Made by a program: the position numbers and the translations under genes. DNA of 63,319 nt, the filler included, from Octopus bimaculoides (taxonomy: Eukaryota), in assembly GCF_001194135.2 (NCBI RefSeq). It is 8 parts of 7 records of this genome, joined end to end, with 100 filler letters (N's around TTAATTAATTAA, not from the genome) between each part and the next. Parts side by side here need not be neighbours in the genome. Positions count along the whole stretch, not along the records: positions 35,909 to 47,185 come from NC_068981.1; positions 47,286 to 56,191 come from NC_068992.1; 6 more parts are not named here. One strand, 5' to 3'. The notes under the pieces were generated by a model, which was not told where the DNA came from, made no database searches, and saw nothing but the letters and a program-made list of their open reading frames with translations. Below, one piece after another: positions 37,701-50,940 of the stretch; position 1 is the first letter of the stretch, and the number at the start of each line of letters is the position of its first letter.

Positions 37701-40700
37701 TTCAAAATTCCAAGACGGAGAGTTTAACCACGGACAACAGCTTCGAAAATTTCAGCTCCTATGATCAGATATTAGATTCACGTTTATGCCAATAACAATT
37801 GGCGAATTTAGTTTTCCTAGTAAATGTCTTTAACGGATAATCTAGGAAAGTTAGGTATTTAAAAAAAAAGAAATCAATCAGCTAACACGCTCAGAAGAAA
37901 TCGAATCAATAACCTGAATATTTTAAAGAAAGGATTTCGTAGCTTTGATAAAAACCATATCCTCCCTAAACAACAAAAATTCAAATAGCTGAAAATAGAA
38001 TAGATCATGTATGCCTATATAAGGTACATAATGAATACCTGAACATCGGAATTTTAAATTATTTTTTCTCAGAAGACCAGCTGTAAATTCGCCGATACGT
38101 TGCACATTACAAATCTGAAGGTACAAATTAATAAATGAGTTGTCTATGATTGTTAAAATTTTATTCTATAATTTCATTAATTTTCTGCAGCTGAAAACAG
38201 TATGAGTGCTGTTTATATTTTATTTCTCAATTAATTTATATTTTACACGACTGGGGACAGCTAATTTAAATATTACGGTGGAGGAATCACAATATGACAC
38301 CTAAATATTATAGTTGAATTCCTAAACGTTCGCCGCAGGGGAATGCTGTTGATGTATTTATTTACATAATAGGTGATATTTTTATTCGGTCATATCCATC
38401 TTTGATTTTTCATATATGTGTGTGTGTGCGTGAAATATCAAATCTATTTCTATATTTTGGCAGTAGTGGTGTTTATCAGATAGTTGATGATTCACGAATG
38501 ATTTTTCAAAAAATGAAAGAATGAATAAAGTAGCGAAAGAAAAACTGTCAAATGATTATATGCGTTTGAAAGAAACATTATGGGCAATATATTTTTTAGA
38601 ACAAAACTACATATTAATCTCTTGCCAAACATATAGTAGATAATAAAAAGAGCGTGGACTGCCAGAGTGTTCATAAAAGAAATAGTATCATGTTTCATAT
38701 GAGATTGCCAATGAAATATCCAAGATGGACGACTTGCAAATATTTTTATCTGGATGAATTAAAGAATAGTGAAATACGCATACAATGGAAGAAGAAAAAA
38801 AGAAACGTAAAACATTTCATAATACATACCAGTCTGGTGGAAAGCTACAAAGTCACGTTCATTAGAAAAATGGTTCAAAATTTGACACACAAAAAAAGAT
38901 TAGAAAACCAAATATAATGTATAGAACACTCAGATGTCAGTTTTTTCTATCCCATTTGTTGGATGCTTAATTGCTAAAATACATTACCCGTGTTTTTGTT
39001 CTTGACTCTGTTTTGATTAAAGAAATAATATGACACTTTTAATGGCAAACAGGTGAAATGAGAGACCTTTCAGTTAAGCTACATCAATATCTAGAACTGT
39101 TCAATGTTGTTGGATACGGGAGAGGCTAAGTGAGTGTGCAGATTTAGTGAAATATTGTTGGTGTTTGTGTTTCTTCCAGTATATGTTAATTATTTATATT
39201 TATTTACAGATGTACATTACATATGTCTGCCTGTATACGTACTTGAGAGAGAGATAGAGAGAGAAATAGAGGGGGAGAGAGAGAGGGGGAGAAAGAGAGG
39301 GGGAGAGAGAGGGAGAGGGAGAGAGAGGNNNNNNNNNNNNNNNNNNNNNNNNNNNNNNNNNNNNGGGAGAGAGGGGGAGAGAGGGGGAGAGAGGGAGAGG
39401 AAGAGAGAGATCTGTATCTCCATTACTCAATACACACACATTTACATATACGTGTGTGTGTGCGTGTGTACAGTCGTAAATATATACACACATGTGTTAC
39501 TCTGAATAACGGAAAGTACGTCTGAACAAAGTAAGCGTGTGTTCATGTATGTATGTGTGTTTACAAGTGTCTTCCGTTAGACCATTAGAGTAGGTATAAA
39601 TAACATTTCATCCTTTGTTCTTAATTTCCCAAAGTAATTATTTATTTATACTTTAACAAAGATGGAAAGATTACTTTTTAATGTCTATATACGAAAGGTA
39701 GCTATTTCTAAACTCTTACAAAGCAATTACTAACTTTTATAGCAGGGAATGATTGAATTGTGAGAAATGTATTTTGTTATTGCTTTATTCTATCACTACA
39801 CTTAGACTATATGTCTATATTAATTAACTCTCTAAAAGCCAAAATGCGGTGTATGTTTTTTTTTAATATTTGAGGTGATTTCAATAAGTCCCCAGCAAAT
39901 ATTATGAGTTGGCGACAAAATTAATTCTATAAGAGTTTCGCTTTGATGCTGTTGTTATTTTAAACAGTCCTATGATGAAGTAAATTTCAGATGTAACCAT
40001 TTATTGTTTTAAGAAAACATGGGTTTTAAGATTACCTTCTACAACATCTGCTGTAGAATCTGCTTTGTTGAAGAGGAGGTATGGTTTATATTTCTCCTAA
40101 GATAACTAATCACGTGTTTCCTTTCTCATCGGTTTATTTTGACCTGCGAAGATAGAAATCATAGATACTGCTTCAATAAAGATACGTGATGAGGCATATA
40201 AATCCAAAATATTATCCATTGTCATGTCAAATGTCTGAATAGCACGCTGCAATAAACGCAGGGTTACTTACTCATTTCTATAAAAGTATAGTTTGTGAGA
40301 GTTAGTCTTTCCGATTGCTGATATTTATTAAGTGATTTATTTTCAAGTAATCTCTGATAAAATCCAGATAGGGAAAATATTGTTCATCCCGCTTGAGAAA
40401 CCACCCAGATTAAGTACTGACGGTGGCTTCTGATAGGAAACACTTAAATGTGTGACTGAGGGCTCTGCCCTAACGTCTTCCACAGAAATAAGCGTAGCGT
40501 AAGGGTTGTCGAATAAGTAAATGTATAGGAAAAGGTTTTGTTTTTTGGGGTTTGTTTTTCTTTTCTTTCAACAATATGGATAACTTCAATACGTGCGAAT
40601 CATATACCTGATGTCCGTGTTCTGTAAAGACGTATTAAGGATGAAAGGCAAAAACAATCCAGGATGGATTTATTTACAAAGGCAAAAACCAATAGTATTA

Positions 40701-42220
40701 TGCTTTTACTACGGCAAATAATATTACGCCAAGCCGATATGCAATCCTTTACATTGTCCATTAATCTGTTAAAATTAGAATGTAAATATAATTTAATGCG
40801 TGTACTACAGACGTAAAAAGAGGAAACATCTGTGGAAAAATGAAACTCATTTTCTCAAATAATACACAGGGTAAACCTGGTGGAAGGCTTTTCACTTTAT
40901 ATCTACTCGGTCAGACTTTCTTGTGCATGATGGACAACAGAAATTTTAATATACCTTTTTATCTAGCAAAATAAAAACTAAATTTTAAAGAAATGTATCT
41001 GACAAACATAATTCCCATAGCATAGTTATTATTAAAGGAGTTGAAGGAACTTTGATAGTTCAATAAAATATTGTGCTTGAAATACAGAACGATTATAGTG
41101 GTATATTGTCTGTTTATACACGTGTATGTGTGAGTATGTGTGTCCGTGTGTGTGTGTACGTATACGTGTGCGCGTATGTGAGTGCATGTGTGTGTGTATG
41201 AATGCCTATAAATATACGTTTATGTAACTTTATTTGAAATTTATATCACTTTTCCTTTGCATATGCATACACGAGTGCATATGTTCCCGTATGAGTTTTC
41301 CCTTAGTCACTCTGTCTCTCAATTCCTGTCTGTGTATATGCGTGTGGTTGTGATTGTGACTTTGATATCTCTACAGGAAAAAAGACAGCATACCTACCTA
41401 CATACATACATACATACATACATACATACATACATACATACATACATACGTTTATGCATGAACACAAGACTATTGTGTGCATGAATTTTTACACACTAAT
41501 ATACATACATATTGTTTCGTCCATTTACCAGCTCCGCAAACGTTGTACAATTTCTAGATCTTTGCAGCTGGCCTCAAGGCGACTGCATTTCTAATTAAAA
41601 GGCAAAAATCTGAATGAACATTGTTTATTAAGAAAAAGCAGAAAACCTACGCATTCAAAATACATATGTTTAAACAAACCTACCAATAAATATTTTTTTT
41701 TAAATTAAAGAAGAAAATAATTAAATACACCTACTTGAATCAACTAAGCAAACTCAAAATCAATCAATGCAAAATGAGGAAATAATGTAATAAAGCTAAA
41801 TGGCAAATTATCAGTGTGCTATATCGTACTTAGTATTTTGCCTTCAGAAACGATTGCTTGACAGTAAATATGTGCTGTTTCAATCATGTGCCTTTATTAG
41901 TATTGTTTCATTCTACGTGTATCTCGTTCCCGCTATGTTTGCCGCCAAGAACAGGTGTTGTCCGTATTCTGAATGCTAGTAAGTAAACAAGAATTACATA
42001 TGTATTTGCACAGTGGTCTTGAGAAAACTATCCATATCTCTTTGACTAGTATTTAACAAAGATACACAAGTAAGCAAATCTACACATCTACAAATATATC
42101 CACACCCTGAAAATGACAAGCAAGCATACATACACATACATGACACATACAAGTGCATGCACACATAAAACGAGATTTATTTTCATTGGTATATAACTGA
42201 TTTTTCTTCTTTCGTTTCAG

Positions 42221-42283
42221 CAACTGCTATCTCAGTGGAGATTGTTGCATGCATAAATTGGTGGTGTAAAAGCGGATATGAAG
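42221..42283 (+). CDS. Candidate 63-nt exon (phase 1: ATAISVEIVACINWWCKSGYE; phase 2: NCYLSGDCCMHKLVV*)
   Basis: Branch-like taactga plus tttttcttctttcgtttcag acceptor; donor AAG|gtagaa. Frame ambiguous. Confidence 0.3.
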
Positions 42284-45157
42284 GTAGAACCGTGTACGAA
42301 CGATATGCCCACAATTATATAATATTTTCTGTACACGTTATATGTATAGTGTTGTTTTTCGTTTGTTTTGATTGTATTGCGTGTTAAGTTCCGTTGATTA
42401 CTAGGTGGGTAAACGCATTGAACTTCGATACAACCATTCATTATCAAGAAATGTTTTTTTCTTTCTATTTCTTACATTATTTGAAGAATGATTAGAGAGT
42501 TTCACAAACTTATCTGTCATGAACGGAACGAGTTACTACTACTAATACAAGTTTAACGTCATTATAAATTAACACTCCTTTACGAAAAGTTTTCGAAGAA
42601 TCACCGTTACAGCATTAGAGGACTAGCTTTAGCACACGAACACCAAAATATACTTGCCGATGTGAAATTCTGCAATAGCATCACAGAATCCTTCTTGTAC
42701 TTTCTGTAATAGGTAAAATGCGTACTGAAGGCTACCAAATTATTTCTCTACAGTTTAAACTCAAAACAATAGCTCAATCATTTAAGTACATGGATTTCTC
42801 TATGTTGGTTCGTTCGGCTTGTAGTAATTAATCATAAACTCTTTCATCAATGTCAGTTGATATTGTTGCTTTTGTTGACGAAATAATTTCTCTTCAAATT
42901 TAGCACAATGTACAAGCCTAGTAGTCATTAATGAAACTGCCAAGTAAGTTTATGGTTTACCCCTGAAAACACGTGTAAAATATCAAAGAATATTATTTTG
43001 TTCCTTGTAATAGGATTAAGTCTTAAACTACCCATGTTCTAAATTCTTACCCCGGAAATTCGCCAGCATTTAGCGCCTTTCAGAATCAGGATTCTTCTAC
43101 TAAAATTTATAATATTGCTGAGTATCCCATTCAGCTCGATACTGCAGATGCGAATTATCTACAACATACAATTTAATATTTACGATAATAGACATCACAC
43201 CTATATCAACACTAATTCATTCATCTTCCTCCCCCCCCTCTCTCTCTCTCACGCACACACAAAAACACGCATATATACACATACTGTCATACAGAATTAT
43301 GTCAAACACACAAACACCAACATTCACACAAAGGAACACAAAACTATATGCGCACAGATTATCTGTATATAAGTATGTATCTATGTATGTATGCATGAAT
43401 GTATCACTCGCGCGTGTGCGTGTGCGAGTTGGATTCGGACAGTGAAATTGAACTGTATGTAGCTAAAAGTTTCTACATGTCTTGTGCCAATCAGCCTTTT
43501 TTTCCAATGCCGTATGAGATAATAAAACCGAACACATTATTCTTATTGGTCAGCGCCTGTCGATACTGGGTGTGGTTTTTGACTCCAGCAGTATATCTGG
43601 AAACTATATGTAAATACATGCTATATCATAATCACACTGAAGTAAAGTGTAGATGAAATAGAATTTATTAGGCTTGTGAACACATACATAATTTGCACAT
43701 ATACACACATATATGAACGAAATGCAGCAACTAAGTTCTTGAGAATTCCTTCCAGATTTATTGATGTCAGTCAGCATTTGAGATTAAGTAGAAATGCTTC
43801 TTCTTAATATCTCTTTTTCATCCACGTTTTCTAAACCAGATAAAAGATATATAGACTCAACATTGCGTCGATCTTCGTGATGCATTACAAAGGTGCAGGA
43901 GAAGCAAAAGATGATACGCCCTGTCTATGGGCAAAAAGTGATTCAGTGTATAGCTCACATGCCCATCACCCGTCATATCCTATTCACACGCACTATGCCT
44001 TAAACATCACAATTATGGTAATCAACGTAAATACCCTATAGCATCTCTATCACTCAAATCACACTTTGGTTTATCTTCATACATTTTCTAGGACATAGTC
44101 GTGAGTATCGTGAAATTTATTTAACATAATGACAATCCTGCTGCAAACTTGTCCGAACTCCAATTTGTAAACCTGCGTATTTCTTTCTATTCTTCAATAA
44201 TTTCTGGTTATAATTTTTCTATAAGCCTTTATTAATTTCTCTCTACTGTACAATATTGCTTAATGCTTCATTTTCTTCTAGGATACACGTGCATCAGTGA
44301 ACTATAAAATAACCAAGATATATCATCTAACCCGATACCTAAGATATACAAAAGTTACTAAGGCATCTATATGCAGACACAGTTTGGTGGAATAGTGGGT
44401 GTAGATAACCATATATGCATACAGGCTTATATTAGTGTACCTTATGATTCCGCTTAGGTTTAGCAATGCTAATAACCAGTCGTTAGACTCCAGAATTCTT
44501 ATGTGATTCTCATCATATCACTACAGCGTGCACTATCAATTAATGAATGACATAAGAATATGTGCTACGTAATCACTTTCATTAGCTTACAGTTGTTTCT
44601 ATTATATGTTGGTGTGTACGCAGAGCTGAGTGATCAGGTGACATTTATAGTTTCAGCGAATCTATTAAGTGAAGAGTATCTTTATTGTGAAAAGCATTGA
44701 AATACATTAAAATAAGCACATGTAGAACGATAACACTGGTCAATAAGTATTTTTCATCAAGTATATGTGAAGGTGTGCTTAGTGTAATTTTTACTGCTTA
44801 TTTCAAATATACAATTAGTTTTTTTTTGACATCACATACACTTTTCAAAATGAGAAAGTGTTTTGGGTTTAGTTCATGCATTATATAGAAATTCCAATTA
44901 ATGACGTGTATGAATGTATTTCATTTAAATCATGGAAACATACGTTTAAAATAAACTACATCATTCATTGCTGCATAGTTCAAATGCAATTTTTCATCAT
45001 CGTAATTTAACCAATCAAAATTTGTCTTGTGAAATAGGTATTTCAACATCTCAAATTGTCCAGTCATCACTGATCTGATGAAATATTTCATCATCTCAAA
45101 TTCAATACAAGTATAACAGTTTGTATCTATTTCCTTACTTGCTTTACAGTTTTAACA

Positions 45158-45325
45158 ATGGCAAGACAGTCTAGAATTCGTCCTAGTGTGTTTTGAAATG
45201 TCTGTGGACAATTTATTGTGAAATCTCAAAAACATACAATAACACCAGAGACGAAGAAGATTTATAAGCTATACTTTGACTGTCCTCTTGGAAATCAGGA
45301 CAAGTAATAGGCATCACATTTTATC
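45158..45325 (+). mobile_element. Chapaev3-type (CMC) transposase N-terminal remnant
   Basis: MARQSRIRPSVF*NVCGQFIVKSQK..IYKLYFDCPLGNQDK**ASHFICSAC matches the recalled FCYxCG..YF..GDQDK.WAPH..C..C zinc-finger of Chapaev3 transposases. Confidence 0.7.
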
Positions 45326-46148
45326 TGCTCAGCTTGTCCAAGTTAACGATTTCAAATATAAAAATATGTAAATATTTGCATGTATCTACTGCAAAATTCA
45401 TACATGCTACATACACATGGAGTGAACTTTTGAAATGAGCATGAAAAATTAGTCTAAAAATGTTGGTTTGCATTCATATGTATAATACATTTAATTTTGA
45501 TGACAAGTGTAATACAATATCGTTTAGTAGATTTATGGATGAAATTCCCCAACCAGAGACACGTGTAAAAGAAATATTTAAACCAGAAAAGATAAAAGGA
45601 ATGTATACACACGCACACACACACACGTACGAGCGCGCACAAACACAAACACAAGCACACACTGACACAAAGACATACACACACACGCACGCACACACAC
45701 TCGCACACACACACACATGCACACTCACACTCAAACATACGCACACATATGTGTATGTATGAATATATATAGTTGAATATGCACTGTAAGTTCATTAGAT
45801 GGTTTATTTTTACAGGCTTAAACAGTTTTACAGGTTTTTCTTATTTTCAAAAGTTAAGCCACAACTACCATGCTTGTGATTGGAGTTCGAACTTTCTTTT
45901 GGTGTTCTGGTTCAAATTAGTATCTGTTTAGGACACATTGGTATTGGCAGACGATGATGACATGATTAGGCTCGGAAATGTTTTTAAGTTTCCTGCTACG
46001 TCCTTACATTAATGTCATGTGATAATGTAATATTATTTGTATCACTTCCAGAACAATACCTCTGCGTGTCCAATAAATGTCTAATATCTAGAAGCTATCA
46101 TATAGTTGATTCATACATGGTTACTCGCTCTCTCCATCCCTCTCTCTT

Positions 46149-46193
<45 letters not shown>

Positions 46194-47134
46194 ATAAAGA
46201 GAAAGAGAGAGCATAAGACGCAGAATGACAGATAGATAGATATCCACCTTGAAATTTGTATAGCACGCTTATCTAATATGCATCTATGCAGGTTACCGAT
46301 ATTTTATGCATCAAACTCTATGTGGCTTAGCTTCCTCCACGACACTAGTGATAGTTTATAGATGAACAATTGTGTCATATTCATTATAGACACGTCAATG
46401 TGCAAACGTAGGAAAACACATCATGCACACTCAAGCATATAAAAGCACATAAATGTATGTATGTTATGTAAGTATGTGTATGTGTGTGTATGTATGCATG
46501 TACGAATCCAGTTTATTTATCGCCCACAAAAAAGGCTATGTTGACCTTGACAGAGAACTGAGAGTGAATAGATTAAGAGAATACAGCGTTCTTGAGTGCC
46601 AGTTCGCTAACTATCTCTTTTTTATCACTTTCCATCTCTTTCTCTCTTTCTTTCTCCCCTCTCTAGTAATACTCAGATGCTTATACACAAACTTACACAG
46701 ACACACACAATACTACTATCTGGTGTGAAATTATTTATTATTCAAAATAGAGTCTGTATGAAATGCTATTTGAAGTTTCTAGTTCTCGATCATCAGGTGA
46801 CCTGAAGTTCGAGTAGCGCCTCAAAGCTAATGCATAATACAATATATCTACCGCAACTACAATTTGCTATACATTGGTGCTAATATAGCTCTTACCATTC
46901 GTTCATTAACTGCTTCAGCATTACTACTTCAATAAGCAACTAGCTAATGCAGTGAAACTGTCTCAAATAAGGATTGCTATTCAATCCAGTGGGCAGTAAA
47001 ATTAATGTGTCGTTTTTATTGCAGTCTATTTTAATTTGTCGTTCTCTCACACGCGTTTCTTCTCTTTCTTATAAATACGAAGTATCAATACATATTTGTG
47101 TGTGCGTGTAAATTATATATGTGCCCGTATATAT

Positions 47135-47185
<51 letters not shown>

Positions 47186-47285
47186 NNNNNNNNNNNNNNN
47201 NNNNNNNNNNNNNNNNNNNNNNNNNNNNNTTAATTAATTAANNNNNNNNNNNNNNNNNNNNNNNNNNNNNNNNNNNNNNNNNNNN
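47186..47285. other. Artificial scaffold spacer
   Basis: 44N-TTAATTAATTAA-44N. Confidence 0.95.
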
Positions 47286-47369
47286 GCAGATCTTAAGGCA
47301 AGAAGAAGAAGAAGAAGAAGGAGAGCAACAACAATAACTACAGCAGCAACAATAGACTGAACACCATCT

Positions 47370-47371
47370 TT

Positions 47372-47451
<80 letters not shown>

Positions 47452-47465
47452 AATCATCATCATCA
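47370..47465. repeat. (ATC)n microsatellite
   Basis: Direct inspection. Confidence 0.95.
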
Positions 47466-48156
47466 TTTTCCATTAGTTTCTTTCTCCATCAAACAACAAC
47501 AGCAACAACAATAACACCATTTACAAATAAACAACACATTTCTAAAGAAGCTGATACAAATAAATATACTAAAAAAAGAGAGACATTATAGACGGCTGTG
47601 GAATAGTGAAGCAAGGTTCGACAGACTGCTACCGGAAATGTACAAAAAAATATATAACCAAAGCATAGAAGCATAGCAGACAGAAGAACACTTTATAGAA
47701 TCTGATACGACAAAAAACAAAAACAAAACAAAAAAATGACAAAATGTTCAAAACAAAGACAAAAAGAAAAATGAAAAAATGATATTAATGCCAATTCTGA
47801 CAACTATGGCAAAACAATAACAACAACAAAGACTGCGATAAACACTAAAGTTGGAGAAGAACAAGAACAAAAACAAAAAGAAGAACAGAAAACGAAATGT
47901 TCTTAGAAAATGTACAGAAATTAGGAAGGAAACAATTTACCATTAGACCATGAGGTCATGTGACATAGGCTGGAGATAGAAAAATAAAACAATAACAAGA
48001 ATATGAACGAAGAGGACATTTTGAGGGATAAAAACGCCAATAGCAAAGACAAGAACAACAATAACAGCAACAAATGATCCAGTCGGAAACTGTGTAAGAA
48101 GAATCTCAGGGCTGGTATTATGGTTGGTTCTGACTAGTTTCGAACCCAGTTCCCCC

Positions 48157-48495
48157 ACTTCATATTTTGAGGTCGCTAGGTTTGCTAGAACTTGGAGACC
48201 TAATCTTCATCAAATCACTACGCACTGTCTCGAGACTAGAAAGGACACATTGATAAACTTACTACAAAATGTAGAGCTTATTTTCATCAAATCACATCGC
48301 ATTGCCTTACAACAGAGACATTGGATGATGTAGTTCTTGATGGGCTCCATATCAATGCCTTAAAATAGAGATATTAGATGATGTTGTTCTTGACTGACTT
48401 CATATTATTGCCTTAAAACAGAGACATTGGATGATGTAGTTCTTCATGGACTTCATATTTTGAGATCGCTAGGTTTGCTGGAACTTGGAGACCTA
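48157..48495. repeat. 46-bp direct repeats enclosing three 53-bp tandem units
   Basis: DR at 48157-48202 and 48450-48495 (2 mismatches); units at 48301-48353, 48354-48406, 48407-48459. Confidence 0.9.
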
Positions 48496-48794
48496 TGTGT
48501 GTGAGTGTGTGCAAACGTTTGTGTTTAGCAGTTTATGTGTGCTTGTTCAGGTGGCGTGTGCACGTGTGTATATGTGTTTGTGACCATATAGTGTGCATGT
48601 GTATAGTGTATGTCTGCGGGCGAAAGTTGTCTGTGTTTATGCGTGTCGCGTGTGCATGTGTGTATATTGTTTGTGTTCAGGCGTTTTGTGCTTTTCGGAG
48701 TGAATTCTGTGTTGTGGAGGAATGCATAGAGGTGTGAGATGAGATGGGGGTGGCGAGAGATAAGAGTTAAGAAGTGGGATGTATGTAATTGATA

Positions 48795-49195
48795 TTCTAT
48801 TGTCTAGACGACGATGGTGTAGTGAACAGAAACTGCCATTCTTCTGATCAGATGATATCCGCTCGAATAAAACGGAATTACTCTACTGTCCGGATGACGT
48901 CGTTTCATAAGAGAAATTCTCTACTACGAAGAGGAAGTTGGGTCGTAAAACGAAAGCTCCTCTACTTTGTAGACGACATTAGGTCGTAAAACGGAATAGT
49001 TACCTTTCTGTGTAGATGTCATAATGTTGTACAAAGGATGAGAAAGTATTTTATTGTTTAGGCGAGGTTACTTAATAAAAAGAAGCAGTTATTCTGTTGT
49101 CTAGAGTACGTTGGTTTCGTTCGTAAAATGAAAGTTATTCTACTTTGTAGACGATGTTGGGACGTAAAATAACGAATGGTTATTACCCTGTCTTA
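48795..49195. repeat. Degenerate ~40-45-bp minisatellite (ctctactttgtagacgac..ggtcgtaaaacg)
   Basis: Recurrent ctact/gtaga/cgtaaaa motifs; best units near 48930, 48960 and 49138. Confidence 0.65.
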
Positions 49196-49354
49196 TTAAA
49201 GCAAAATATTAAGGAAAAAAAAAACAAAACAAACGAAATCTCCAAAAGACCAAACAAAGAGAAACATTATTTCATAGTAGCATATGCTGTTTGATTAATA
49301 TCTAGGTAGAAAATGTTAAATGTCTTCTTCCGCCTTCGTTTCTTCGTCGTCGTT

Positions 49355-49410
<56 letters not shown>

Positions 49411-49562
49411 TCAACAGCAACAACAAAACAAACATAATTGTTGTAAAACATATTAAAATCTCATATTTGTATGAGAGACAGGAAACCGGAAGTTGTAATA
49501 GAAACATCATTAAAAAAAAAAAATCAGGCTAACACTATAACAGCCACCAAAGTAGTAATCCT

Positions 49563-49771
49563 TTCCACTAAAGGCACAACGCCTGATATTTTTGGGGAGG
49601 GGACTGGCCGATTACATCGACCCAGTGTTTCACTGGTACTTAATTTATCGATCGCGAAAGAATGAAAGGCAAAGTCGACCTCGGCGGAATTTAAACTTAG
49701 AATGTAGCGACGGGCGAAATACTGTTAAGCATTTCGTCCAACACGCTAATGATTCTGTCAGCTCGCTGCCT
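49563..49771 (-). mobile_element. SINE (Meta-domain-like family)
   Basis: Full head (ggcagcgagctgacagaatcattagcg), centre gaggtcgactttgcctttcattc and tail on the minus strand. Confidence 0.88.
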
Positions 49772-50646
49772 TAATAATAGTTATGATGATAATAATGATG
49801 CTTTGATTCTTAGAAAGAAGATTATCAGTTTTTGGAAAGAAGATGCCACAGGCCACTCGGAGTTATTCCTCTTGGCTCAGTTGAGTTTGATTTTATGCAA
49901 ATTGCATAGGTCATAAATGTATTCTTTTTTTGTATATGTCTCTGTCCATTGGCTGCTGGAGACAGAGAAGGACAACTGTCGTGCTGATGACGACTATGAA
50001 GCAGAAACATGTGTCCGCTACTACTCTCTTGTCTGTAGATAATATGCCTGTCCTTTTCCTTAATGGTATGCTATCCTTGGAGAATTCCCGATTCTTAAGA
50101 TTGTTTCCCCTTCTCATATGAAGCCGACATCAATAGCTATTTGATAATTCTATTAAGATTCTTTCCTGTTTGTCAAACGAATGGAAAGTTACTGGAAACT
50201 TAAGATTTTGGGATATCAAAGAAGCTAATCTAAAGACACTAATTTAGAGTGATTAGCCTTTTGAGCATATTTATAGATATTTTTTTAAAGGATATATGTA
50301 ATAAAAGCGAAGTATAATTACCGAACTTTTCTTTGTATAACTAGTACGAATAACTAGTATTCTTATGAAGATTCATACATAAGAATATGGGTTGAGGAAG
50401 GAATGTTGGTCATGGAAGCAGATTATGTAGTTTTAGTAACATGTCCAAACATTAGTATTAGAAATAAAGAGAAACAGCACAACCGGGAATTGAGATCGTG
50501 CCATTGGTAAAGATTACCGAAAATTTGTTTATATATATATAATATATATAATATATATACATATATATATATATATATGTACACACACACATATATATGA
50601 ATTTATGTATATATGTATATATGTATATATGTATGTATGTATGTAT

Positions 50647-50697
<51 letters not shown>

Positions 50698-50749
50698 CAC
50701 TCATATGTGTATATAAATACACATATATACATACGTTAAAGATTTTATT

Positions 50750-50940
50750 TTTTATTGTTTTAGCCATTACACAGCGGCCATGCTGGAACACCGCCTTGAA
50801 GGGTTTAACCGAACAATCGATCACAATACTTATTTTTAAACCAGGTACTTTTTAATATTGATTTCTTTTGCCGAACCGCTAAGTTAGGAGGACGTTAACA
50901 AACCAATACCAGTTGTTATGCGGTGATGGAAGACAAACAC
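50750..50940 (-). mobile_element. SINE of the 55338/55570 family
   Basis: cggccatgctggaacaccgcctt...ttttgccgaaccgctaagtta..ggacgt. Confidence 0.75.

Noticed and set aside
38033-38200. Overlapping exon-like segments on both strands (ICNVQRIGEFTAGLL.. minus; KTSCKFADTLHITNLK plus)
   Set aside because: Mutually overlapping, no homology and no way to choose; consistent with chance splice signals.
46770-46805. CTGATGA..GAAAC on the minus strand
   Set aside because: No stem II complementarity; not a hammerhead.
28495-49195. CRISPR-like appearance of the ~40-bp arrays and the 48157-48495 repeat
   Set aside because: Eukaryotic context, units are degenerate tandem copies without identical repeats and unique spacers, and there are no cas genes.
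49895-49907. Palindromic double octamer ATGCAAATTGCAT (also single octamer at 13721)
   Set aside because: Short AT-rich motifs expected by chance; no supporting promoter context.
49911-50117. Minus-strand ORF with a hydrophobic stretch, phase-compatible with the TSP1 exon
   Set aside because: Several frames on both strands are similarly open and the acceptor is weak; may be a decayed retroelement.
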